Assembly (NCBI GenBank): GCA_000002435.2
Contig: CM018793.1
Length of the DNA: 64,000 bases
Source of the DNA: Giardia intestinalis
Lineage: Eukaryota
Strand: one strand, 5' to 3'
Positions 10,615 to 21,055 of the stretch are shown piece by piece. The translations under genes and the position numbers were made by a program. Each line of letters opens with the position of its first letter. Position 1 is the stretch's first letter. The notes under the pieces are model-generated. The model searched no databases, was not told where the DNA came from, and saw nothing but the letters and a program-made list of their open reading frames with translations.

Positions 10615-11991
10615 ATGACGCTTTCCGAAGACACCCTGAGGGCCGTGGAGGCGACCGCCGGCCTCATCGCCGCTCAAGGCATCGAGTTTACTCGCGCCTT
10701 CTACGAGCGCATGTTGACCAAGAACGAAGAGCTGAAGAACATCTTCAATCTAGCCCACCAGCGCACCCTGCGCCAGCCCAAGGCCCTGCTCGACTCCCTC
10801 GTCGCCTACGCGCTGAATATCCGTAGGATCAATGAGCTGTACGAGCTGAAGGGGAAGGGCCTGCCGGTGCCGCCAGAGCACTGGGCCGAGCTGCAGGGCT
10901 TCTTCTCTGCCGCCGAGCGTGTCGCGAACAAGCACACCAGCTTTGGCATCCAACCTGCGCAGTATCAGATTGTCGGCGCACACCTGCTCGCTACCATCGA
11001 GGATCGCATAACCAAAGACAAGGACATTCTCGCAGAGTGGGCCAAGGCCTACCAATTCCTCGCCGACCTCTTCATCAAACGCGAGGAGGAGATCTATGCC
11101 GCGACAGAGGGCTGCAAGGGCGGGTGGCGCCAGACTCGCACGTTCCGCGTCGAGGAAAAGACCAGGGTCAACGAAATCATCTGCAAGTTCAGGCTCGTCC
11201 CGGCTGAGGAGGGCGCCGGCGTGGTAGAGCACAGGCCCGGGCAGTACCTTGCTATCTTCGTCCGCAGCCCCGAGCACTTCCAGCACCAGCAGATTCGCCA
11301 GTACTCAATTATTTCGGCGCCGAATAGCGCGTACTACGAGATCGCGGTGCACAGGGACGAAAAGGGGACTGTTTCCCGCTATCTCCATGATTACGTGAGC
11401 ACTGGCGATCTGCTCGAGGTCGCGCCGCCTTACGGGGACTTCTTCCTCAGGTATCTCGAGGCCGATGAGCAGGCCCCTGCGGACACACAGGCCTCGCAAG
11501 AGTTCCAAATGCTGCAGAGCGGGGCCATCAACTTTGCGGCAGAGAAGACGATGCCGATTGTGCTCATCTCCGGCGGCATCGGCCAGACCCCGCTGCTGTC
11601 GATGCTCAGGTTCCTCGCGCAGAAGGAGGGCAAGGAGACGGCCCGCCCCATCTTCTGGATCCATGCCGCGCACAACAGCCGCGTCCGCGCCTTCAAGGAA
11701 GAGGTTGACGCGATCAGAGAGACGGCTCTGCCAAGCCTGCGCGTCGTGACCTTTCTGAGCGAGGTCAGGGCGACGGACAGAGAGGGCGAGGATTACGACT
11801 TCGCCGGGCGCATCAACCTTGACCGTATCTCGGAACTCACCAAGCTGGAGGCAGACAACGCCAATCCGCACTACTTCTTCGTCGGCCCGACCGGCTTCAT
11901 GACCGCCGTGGAGGAGCAGCTCAAGACCAAGTCCGTGCCCAATAGCCGCATCCACTTCGAGATGTTCGGCCCCTTCAAGGCCTCCCATTAG
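10615..11991 (+). CDS. hmp: Flavohemoprotein (nitric oxide dioxygenase), bacterial Hmp type
   Basis: N-terminal globin domain (LSEDTLRAVEATAGLIAAQGIEFTRAFYERML...HQ...) followed by an FAD-binding region (RQYSIIS, GTVSRYLHD) and an NAD-binding region (IVLISGGIGQTPLLSML). The ATG at 10615 is preceded by CTAAAATATCAA. The ORF-track start at 10501 is a GTG. Confidence 0.9.
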   Translation: MTLSEDTLRAVEATAGLIAAQGIEFTRAFYERMLTKNEELKNIFNLAHQRTLRQPKALLDSLVAYALNIRRINELYELKGKGLPVPPEHWAELQGFFSAAERVANKHTSFGIQPAQYQIVGAHLLATIEDRITKDKDILAEWAKAYQFLADLFIKREEEIYAATEGCKGGWRQTRTFRVEEKTRVNEIICKFRLVPAEEGAGVVEHRPGQYLAIFVRSPEHFQHQQIRQYSIISAPNSAYYEIAVHRDEKGTVSRYLHDYVSTGDLLEVAPPYGDFFLRYLEADEQAPADTQASQEFQMLQSGAINFAAEKTMPIVLISGGIGQTPLLSMLRFLAQKEGKETARPIFWIHAAHNSRVRAFKEEVDAIRETALPSLRVVTFLSEVRATDREGEDYDFAGRINLDRISELTKLEADNANPHYFFVGPTGFMTAVEEQLKTKSVPNSRIHFEMFGPFKASH

Positions 11992-14099
11992 CTGCCCGCA
12001 CACGGCCCTCCGCCGGTGTGTGTAGAGCGATTACATCGCCATCCCAGGCTCCATGAGCCCGGTCCGTGCCTGGCCCTGGCTTCGCTGCATCTCTGCTGAA
12101 GAAGCTTGCGACACTCATCTCCAATGCGGGCAGCGGAGGTGGGGCTGGCTTCTTTCGTGGCGACGTCTTTGGTAGGAAACAGGAGGGCATCAGAAAGGAA
12201 GCCCCAGCAGGGACATCTCTCTATCGAGTCCACGATGTAAATCGCATACCGACCAGTTCGGGCGTTCGTTGCCCACCACAAGAAACTCTCCGTTGGGCGC
12301 TCGACAACATTCTGAGCCGACGAGCGCGGTAGCTGTCGGTTATGCCAGAGAGCGAAAGAAGCGGCTCTACTGGGGCATTCCATTCCAATGAGGATGGTGG
12401 AGTGCCATGATTCCGCATAATGGACAGGGCCTAGTTTGTCTTGTAAATTACTAAAATCGACTTGCCTATCAGATTCAAAGAGCGCCGCACTAAGCGTATG
12501 AGTTCCACGGCTTTTGTCCTGAAGCTTCACTGCATAGACGCTGGATTGCTTGTGGGGAGCCATAAGCATGCACAGCGCGCGTCTGAACAGACATAAAATA
12601 TCCACATACTTATCAAAGCCCATGGGAAGCAGCATTCTTCTATCCTGTAATGACAGAGCCGGGTCGTGTACTGTGTGTCCATGATTAGAGAGAACCTTCT
12701 GCAGACGTTCTTCCAACCACTGCAGATACCCCACAGCGGTCTACTTCACCAGCTGGCTACTCTCGACACTGTGCCATCGGGGCATCGTCTGTGGATATGG
12801 GCCAACAATCTCGCGGGCAAGCTTTCGTTCGACTTGGCTACGTCCGGAGACGAGGGTAGATTATCACTTGCAGGAGGAGCCGACCCGCATTACTCTCAAT
12901 AGAGTGGCGACATGCTGCCTATAGATGCGTGGAGTATCCGCTGGACGAGAGCAATGAAGTAGGAAGGGGCTAGTCAATGCGGAGTCGAAAGAGCACATGG
13001 CCATCACCATGTGCAAGCTATTCCCTAGATGGATACTGCAGTGGAAGATGAAGGCCCACAGGGATTGGACCCTCCGATCTATGAGGGCCAGCACATTCAG
13101 ACCCAAGAAGTGCCTCGAGAAGTCCCACCAGCCTGAACCTCCGTTATCGCCTACGTGATAGCGGACATCGGACGAAGCCAACCAGACAGGACCCAGGGCA
13201 ACCGTCTGCCGGATCACTTCTGGCTGGCAGCAGGACCTCCAAGGTAGGCCAGAACGGCTGAGAAGGACACCAAGATCCAGAGGCAGTGTTGCTCGCCTCA
13301 CCTGCCGAACTATAAGGCTGGCATCTTTGTGCGTCTCTTCACTGGTCTGAGCTGGTGGATTTGTAAGATACGTGAGGGAGTTGAGAGCTACGGAGTAGTG
13401 CCCACGCAATCGAATTGTCCAGGCCGCTAGCTGAAGCCCGGCCAGCTAGAGCAGGATATGGGCGGGCAGGCTTTGCTGAGGGCGAAGATCACAGTCACGA
13501 GGGGCACTGTAGTCCTTGCTGACTGCAGAATCTTGTCTGTGAACTGCTGAGCAAGCAGGTGTGGTTACTATCGACACTCACTTGGGGGCCGCAGACTCTT
13601 GAGAGCAATTGACCCGTTGTGTTCACGCGAAATGGAATTGGAAATCGCTCCAGCGATTGAGGATACTTATGCTCTTGTGGCCCCTAGCAATATCTGTGAG
13701 TGCTGGCTGTTACAGTTCGGGTGAACGACACCAGAGCTCAGCGAAACAGTCAGGAAGTCTACAACCCGCCCTTGCTGGACACAAAACTTCGGTGCGAGTG
13801 CCCTTGAAGTGCAAGTAACCACACCGGGTGAGACTGGAGCCAGGGACATTTGAAGGGGCTACGCAAAAGCCGTTGCACGCCGAAGATAAGCTACGGCCTG
13901 CTGAGCCCTGACAGTAGTACGTCAGCGAGAGCGAACATTGGTACATGCTAACACTGGCTGTGCCTCCACGTGCTACTAGCTCTGGAGGAGCTGTCCTCTG
14001 GCGCTGGCCTGCGCAGGCACACACATGTGTGCAGTTCAGGGTAAATCATATTTTCAATTCCTTATCAACATGTGGAACGAACCTAAAAGAAAACGAATT

Positions 14100-15608
14100 A
14101 TGTTGACCATAAGCCTCTTCATTGCGCTGTTGTGCAGATGCAACGACCCCGTGGTCAGCGAAGTCCCCCCGGGCCACGGAATGGGCGTGCGATACACCGA
14201 GCGTGGACTGGAGAAGTTCTGCCAGAAGGGATATAGCATTGTTCCTGACATTCTCGCCCAGTTGCCTCCCTTTGAAATCGAAGGGATTGCTCTCGGGGGG
14301 CTCAGGATCTCACTGTCGAACGTGCGCGTCCGTGCGGTCCAGCTCGCGACCATGAAAATGTTTCTGCAGAGCAGCGGGCGGATCAAAATGGAGGGGCGCG
14401 ACGGATTCATGCAGCTGTCCATGCGCATTGGGGCTACCCTCGGCACCCTGTCCGGCGCTGCAGACGCTATCTTCTCGCTCCACGGCTTCGGCGCTGACCT
14501 CTCTGCGAGGATCGGAGAAGACTTCGATTGTCCATTTCACTTCGGGCTGTTTGAATTCGCCAATCAGGTCTATATAAGCAAGTTAGACGTGGATGCCGTC
14601 GGCCTGGACACAATAGGAAGCGTCGTTGCCATGACGCTCCAGACAATGGCTCCCTCGTTAGAGTCGCTGCTCCGAACAACCATCCTCCAATCGATGCTGG
14701 ACACCATCTTACATTCTATCCAAAACATAATGCTTGGAGTACCCACGATGTCTCGCAAAGGCGAGTATCGGACAGATCAGCGGTACGTCAGCGGAATCAA
14801 CATACTCGGCGGGAAGGTTGTGGCAGACCTCGATGGGTACTCGTACATCTGCTACCCCGGCACCGACACCCCAGCGTCTGAGCGTTACCCCGTCGACATA
14901 TCCTCTCCCTTGCCCAAAGCAGTCTACTCGGACAGAGACTACGAAATCTACTTCGACCGGGAGGCGACAAACTCGTATCTGCACGCGTGGCAGAGCCTCC
15001 GCAGCAGCTACGACCTGTCTGCCCCGAGTATTGAGTACAGGGATCTGAGGAAGGTAGACATCCCAGGTCTTACAAAGGCCCTTGTGGAGGCGGGGCTTCT
15101 GGCCTCAGAGGACGACGCCGGGAGCGATGTCAAACTGGGCCTTTCTGTCCGGTTGGCCAAGGCTCCGCACGTTCCGTGGCTCGGGGCGGCCGGGTTCCCT
15201 GTCTACTTCGACGGCATTTTTTACATTACCGCCCAGAAGGATGTCGAAATCAGGTCCCTTGCAAAGATTGAGGGTGTTGCGGTCATATTGGGCACGCTCA
15301 ATCTGAGCTCGTACAACGCCGGCTTCAATAGTGACAGGGCGTACGGGTACGTCGTCCTGAAGGGCCTCGTCGAGCTGACCACGGCCAAGGTAGAAAGTAG
15401 CTGCCCGGAGCTGGACTCCAACGCGCTCGCCAGGTACATGATCTCTGTGGGGTACATCCCGGAGGCAAATAGGGTCCTCAGCGACCCCGGCATCATACTA
15501 ATCAACGGGAACTTTGTTAATTACACGACAGCCGTAGCTGTCTACCTTCCCACCGAGGACCGCATTCTCTTTATGGCTGACATAGCGGGTAATCCGTACT
15601 TTTCCTGA
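14100..15608 (+). CDS. BPI/LBP/CETP-family (tubular lipid-binding fold) secreted protein-like
   Basis: Signal peptide MLTISLFIALLCRC, then GLEKFCQKGYSIV...LPPFEIEG...ISLSNVRV...SGRIKMEGRDGFMQLSMRIG. This parallels the BPI N-terminal domain pattern (GLDY..QQG...IPDFSG...ISNANIKISG...[20 protein letters not shown]). A/T-rich CTAAAAGAAAACGAATT precedes the ATG at 14100. The alternative upstream ATGs at 14025 and 14070 lack this element. Confidence 0.5.
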   Translation: MLTISLFIALLCRCNDPVVSEVPPGHGMGVRYTERGLEKFCQKGYSIVPDILAQLPPFEIEGIALGGLRISLSNVRVRAVQLATMKMFLQSSGRIKMEGRDGFMQLSMRIGATLGTLSGAADAIFSLHGFGADLSARIGEDFDCPFHFGLFEFANQVYISKLDVDAVGLDTIGSVVAMTLQTMAPSLESLLRTTILQSMLDTILHSIQNIMLGVPTMSRKGEYRTDQRYVSGINILGGKVVADLDGYSYICYPGTDTPASERYPVDISSPLPKAVYSDRDYEIYFDREATNSYLHAWQSLRSSYDLSAPSIEYRDLRKVDIPGLTKALVEAGLLASEDDAGSDVKLGLSVRLAKAPHVPWLGAAGFPVYFDGIFYITAQKDVEIRSLAKIEGVAVILGTLNLSSYNAGFNSDRAYGYVVLKGLVELTTAKVESSCPELDSNALARYMISVGYIPEANRVLSDPGIILINGNFVNYTTAVAVYLPTEDRILFMADIAGNPYFS

Positions 15609-18275
15609 TGCAAGGCTGGATCCTCTTACTATGATATTGAGGACTGTAGAGTAGTCCGCTGGAACTGAAGATAAGGAAGCTCACATCAAAGGGATTTACC
15701 TGTTCTCAAACACGCAATTTTGTGGTGTTGAGGGAGTGAATCGGCGGCGCAGACGGTCTGTTGTTCAGCGAGGCCTGCGAGCCATCAAGCGCCTCGACGC
15801 TGGATCCGGCTTAGAGGAGTCCAAGAGGTGCCCTGTGATTCTTCGGTGCTGCGTACAGTGTTGCAACCTGGGGCGAGGAGTACTAAAGGCAAGAGAAGCG
15901 AGGCCACAGAGGCGGGTGTTCGGGGTACCAAGACAGCGGCCACCACGAAGGAAGGATATAGCAGTCATGCAGGCCTCGCTGACCTCCTATTTGTGAAATA
16001 GCTCTATTAGCTAAAGTAGACGAGAGAAGCAACGTTCTGCGGAGTGTGGCGTCCCAGCTCGGTGAATTGCGTCTGCAGGGTCCCATAATTGAGAAGCCTG
16101 GGCAATAGCAGAGAGACAGCAGGACCTAAAGTAAGTGGCATCCTATCTTTCTGAGCACTAACACTCATAACACTTGTCTCAGTGTGCATGCCTGTGAGCT
16201 GTCTAGTCGCTTCTTCGACGGCACTGAAAGGCGTGACATATGTGGTACTGTTCTAGAAGACTACGAGGGTAGGAGCGACCACTAATGAGCTGCCGGTAGG
16301 ATAAGGCATAGGGCAGAAGCTGCTTTACGCGTCTAGTCTCCTGTGGACAGGTTGAGGACAAGACCGTTCCACTACCAGCCCGGTCCTCGATGTTGGTTGC
16401 TACCAGGGCCACTGACGCACTTGGGGACCGGCGACAGCTGCGTGAGTAACAGACACAAGGGTCGCGTTTTGGACCGTAGCCGACCTGTCTTAGCCGCGGC
16501 TCGGAGGAAACAAAGCGCTAGTTGCTCGCACGGCTTCTATTGGATATCTGTGAAGGCACCCAAGCTGCGCAGTCAACGATGTGATGGCCACGAGGGGACA
16601 CGCATGCACAAGACAGGGCTCCAAGGGTCAGAACACAGCGAGAGCCCAGGTCTCGCGCTAGATTCAGCCAGCCTCAGTGGCGACGGCTTGTGATTCAGAG
16701 CAAACGACTCGCCTAATCACGTTTAGAGTGTTTACACGCCCCTGTACACGACGAAAGGAAGGGTGGCAGAGTGGCTTGAAGCATCTTCACGATCGCTCCA
16801 CGAGGAAGGGCCTTGCCATGTAGATGCAGCGATTGTGGCAGTGACGCCAAGTCTCTCAAATCCACCACCAGTGGGAAGGCCTCAGCAGCAAGCGACCAAT
16901 GCCGATGTTCTATTGTACACGCTTCAGCCTCGTTACACTATGCACTGAATTAGCACCAGACAACGACATCTGCTGCATGGCTCACGCGCATCTGTATATG
17001 TCCCTATCACAGGGGCACCCATGGGCGAATTGAAGGACAGCCTTCCCCACGTCAGCGGGTCTATAGGGCGCTCTCTAGCGACGGAATACAATGCACCCTG
17101 CTGCACTGGCAAGCCCATGAATACAGCTGAGGGTCAAAGCGATAGCCCCAGGGACGAGGCACTTTCTGAAGACAGACTGGCTTGCCAAAGGGCAGTACCT
17201 GGTGCTTCGTCGCTGGAGAAGCAGCCCAGCCAGGGCCCTGGTCCAGGTATCAAGCGTTCTTGTTCGCCCTGGTTGTGCCGGCCCAAGGATAGTCTGCATC
17301 CACAGCTCGAGCTTCCAGTTGGGCCGCCTTAGTCGCTGTTGATCATGACTTGTGGAAGACGAAGAGCGGCGCTGTTCTGGGTGTGCTGTAGGAGCATCTT
17401 GTCGTTGCGATCTTTTTTTAAAGGCTCATTATTGAGGTGGGAACACAGCGTCTGTCGTTACTGCGCGGGCTATAGCCTGGTCACAGAATGGCCAGAGTGG
17501 GGGCCCTCGGGCTGCCAACCACGCGCCTGCAACATCTCTGGCGACCTGCAACGGCCCGTGCTGTCTTCCCTAGCACTGGTCCTTCGTACCCCCGCGCAGC
17601 TCCTTGACCGAAGAAGTGCTCTGTCTACCCCTCTCTTCTGCTGATGGAGCACTGCCTTATGCCGTGTCTCCGGGCCGTTGTTTGCTTGAGTGGCGTCGGC
17701 GATGAGATGTCCCCCTTGTGAGCAGCCTAGATACTATCGTCAGCACCACCGTGAGTAGTAGGGATGCTAGAGCGTATCGGATTGCTCATTCTGGGGTCTG
17801 GACAATGGCCCCTAGACAGCTGCTTTCGTGCCGTGCTTGGACGAGCTGCGGCCTCATAGCACGGCCCACTACATCTCTCTCCTCCGGAATCGGCTGACTG
17901 CTGCTGTCTCTAGTGTCCGGGCAGATGCGCAGGCTGTAGTTGGGGGTTAGCTGGCCATGTCTTAGATACCTCGCCGCGGTGGGCCAACGATGTGGCTAGA
18001 GAGCTGCAGCGCTCTCCTGAGGTTGGGGTCTAGGATGATGTGTGGACACCTAGGATACATTTCCAGCTGTATCCCATCCAGGCCATTGCTCTCGATCCTG
18101 CTTCGTCGAAGTCCCGACCAAGCCACTTGCGCCGCGTAGTCACAGTGTGGGCCGCTGCTCCAGTGGATGCGTTGATCGACCATCTCGACTTTTCCAGGGA
18201 TCGGTCCGGGTCTCCTACAGGCCTACATCAGCACTCTTCAAGCCCTCGTTGACACAACAGCGCGGCTACGCCTCC

Positions 18276-18282
18276 GTTTACT
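18276..18282 (-). terminator. Putative polyadenylation signal AGTAAAC overlapping the TAG stop of the Cys/Asp-string membrane protein
   Basis: The minus strand reads TAGTAAAC at the end of the ORF. Confidence 0.5.
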
Positions 18283-19327
18283 ATACGAAGGTGCTCAGTT
18301 GTGCACGGGACACAGTAAGAGTCGAGCCATCATATGGGTCAGTTACTTCCGCCGGAGAGCGCGTCAGCTCGTACGCATAGGAGCCGCTTTGCGTAACGTT
18401 AGAGAACGAGCTCTGAGGAGTGTACTCGTCGTCGAGGTCGTAAAACTGCTCGTTGCTCTCTTGGATGTGCTTTCTGCGCAGCTCGATGAGGTACGTAAGG
18501 AGATAGCATACGACGTTGGTGAACGCGAGGATGAGCCCGGAGGTCATCAGCTGATACTTCTCGAAGTGATGAGCTACTTTAAGCTTCTCCATTGTCTTCT
18601 GGGAGCTGGCGGCGATGATGACGAAGATGAGCCCGAAGGAAAGACTGGTTCCAAGCACAGGAGCCAGGCTTCTCACGCACTTGTTTCGCGAGGTCACACA
18701 CGGGAGGCAGACGGTGAGGGTGAGGATCCACGCCACGCCCATGCACAGCGACGCATACCCGCTGTACTGGCCTAGCACGAAGACCACAGGGCTCATGGAA
18801 GACCTGTACCACTTTCCCAGTGAAACAACGGTGACAAGAAACGGCATTGCAAAGTAGCATATCAGGTCAACGAGAGCACAGTACCCCAATCCGATTGACA
18901 TGAGGTAGAAATATACAAACCCGTCCAGATCCTGGCAACCGTCTGTGCACGCGTCGTAGCAGTCGAAGCTTTCGCAGCAGTCACAGTCACAGTCGCAATC
19001 ACAGTAACAACAGCAATCGCAGCTGTCGCAATCGCAACAGCCGTGCTCCTTCAAGCATTGAAACCAGCTGATGGAGTGGGTGACGCCGTAATAGAGGACG
19101 AAAAGAATGAGGGTCATATTGACACCGACCCATATCTTAAAGTCGGTGCTGGCGGCCTCATCGAAGACGCACGCACCAAACTTCCTCTCCTCCTTGCTGC
19201 AGCGGTCTATGTGCAGCTTGACAGCCGTAATATTACGCGGCATAGAGCCTAGCGCCAGCGAACACAAAATGCATGGGAGCCCCACGAGCAGGAGCATCCT
19301 TATCCTTCCAGACCAGTAGCGCCCCAT
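18281..19327 (-). CDS. Polytopic membrane protein with a cysteine/aspartate string (about 6 TM helices)
   Basis: 348-aa ORF. An N-terminal hydrophobic segment and a TM helix are followed by CCDCDSCDCCCYCDCDCDCDCCESFDCYDACTDGC, which has 20 Cys in about 35 residues. Four more TM helices follow, then an acidic, Tyr-containing tail. The ATG at 19327 is preceded by TATTTAAAAAGAAATTGAAGG. Confidence 0.7.
   Translation of the reverse strand: MGRYWSGRIRMLLLVGLPCILCSLALGSMPRNITAVKLHIDRCSKEERKFGACVFDEAASTDFKIWVGVNMTLILFVLYYGVTHSISWFQCLKEHGCCDCDSCDCCCYCDCDCDCDCCESFDCYDACTDGCQDLDGFVYFYLMSIGLGYCALVDLICYFAMPFLVTVVSLGKWYRSSMSPVVFVLGQYSGYASLCMGVAWILTLTVCLPCVTSRNKCVRSLAPVLGTSLSFGLIFVIIAASSQKTMEKLKVAHHFEKYQLMTSGLILAFTNVVCYLLTYLIELRRKHIQESNEQFYDLDDEYTPQSSFSNVTQSGSYAYELTRSPAEVTDPYDGSTLTVSRAQLSTFV
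18950..19045 (-). repeat. Imperfect hexanucleotide-periodic tract (TGYGAY)n that encodes the Cys/Asp string
   Basis: Plus strand reads GCAGTC ACAGTC ACAGTC GCAATC ACAGTA ACAACA GCAATC GCAGCT GTCGCA ATCGCA. The minus strand is TGC/TGT and GAC/GAT codons in near-alternation. Confidence 0.5.
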
Positions 19328-21055
19328 GCCTTCAATTTCTTTTTAAATAATGTCCGCAATAAAGGGACATCTCGCAGCAGCGTCTGTTGATATATCGTTA
19401 CCAGACCTCTTGTTCCCAAGTAAGAGGCGCAGGTTGGTTCTAATCTGCCATTGCCCACTAGGGGCAACAGAAAGCAGATGGGCACACAGCCATCCCTGCT
19501 CTTGCCGATGGAGTTGGCCGTAGAGTGCTCACATCCAATCTCAACAAAGATTGGACGTGTCATAATGGTTTAGAATTTTAGTAACATTTTTATGCACACA
19601 CTGAAGGATGAGGGCCACGCCTACATACCTCGCTACTGAAGTGCTGCAGGCGCTATATCCTATGCTACGACGTATAGGAGAGGCAGGGGCGACGGACAGA
19701 GGATAGAGTAGCTCAGAGGCCCCTCAGTCGAGTGAAAGGCTGGCCACGGGCACGGGTTATAGCCTGGGTACTCCTTGCAGACGTGTATCGGGATCAAGTG
19801 TAGCATTGCTAGGGCCACATTCCAACGCGTCTGAGGTTGCTTGACGAACACGCTGCTGCACGATTTAGCAGAAACTACTGCGACCTTCAGTGAGCCTTTG
19901 ACACGTGTCTTGTTAATTGCCAGGTTTGCGCGCCTTAGCAATCCGTTGGAAGTGGGCGCACAGGAATGTTGTATGATCGAGGAGATAAACGGAGCTCTGG
20001 TTAGCGAGGTGGGGCGGGCCCAGTAGTCCCGCATACCCTAGAGATGGGCGGGATTTTGGAGGAGATCCTAGGTCCGAACCCAAAATCCGAGATTCGGATG
20101 CCATAGTTCTGGCGGGAAAGGAGAGCTTCGTGCTTCCGGTTCGAGGGCCACCGTCCCGCCTTTCACACTGCCCTTCTAGAAATTTTCATTCCCTTCACTC
20201 AATCCCCGCGGGGTCAGCTACTGTCTGGCAAGCAGCTCCAAGCTCACCATCTATGCTACAACGCACGGATCTTTTGTGATGATAACAGTGATGTGATAAA
20301 ACTAATGAGGTGCTATGGCTCGACGGTCAACACTGGGTGTGGGAGCACTGAGGAGCAGGAGGCCTTCTTCCTGGCCGGTCGAAGGAGCCCCCAGGGCAAC
20401 GGAGGGCTGAAGCCAGTGATGGTACTAATCACTCGCCACGCTGGTTGAGATGGACCCACACGTGACTCATGTGAATCCCTCGACAGGCAAGTCGGGATCC
20501 TTGGGGTGCTTGGCTGACAGAAGCAGACTGAGTCCTGGCTACCCTAATCGGCCGGAGGAAGGGGAGGTCTTAGAAAACACTGCGAGAAGCACAACAGATC
20601 CCAAGAGGATAGGGCAAACCTTCTTCTTCTCCCACGGGGATCTAGGACATCCGGTTCTCGGGTCTCGGACGGTGAGCGGGAAGCATGCTCAGGGAGGCGA
20701 TGACTCGCATGGAAAACCTGTTCGGACAGCAGTTGACAAGCTAAATTCAGTGAAACAGAGTAAGTGAGTGGCTCCTCTCCTGCTGTGTCACGATAGAACG
20801 GACGCTGCTTGGAAGAACAGCCAGCAGGCACACTCCTCTGCACACAGTGGGACCGCGATAAGGCAGACTGATAAGCCAATAATGCAAAAGTCATTCACAT
20901 AGCATTGCCGTGGGGCATGATGTCCGGTATGCAATAAGCACCACCTCACAGTGCACGCACACGCCGGCAAGCTTATGCGGCCATTACATAGACTTGGAGT
21001 GAATGAGCGATGTGACGCTCGTGGAGGAGCTGATGCGCTTGCCTCTACAAAGGAA

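Noticed and set aside
19700-19720. tRNA gene suggested by a TAGCTCAG-like D-arm motif
   Set aside because: No matching acceptor stem, anticodon arm or GTTCGA T-loop at the correct spacing could be found.
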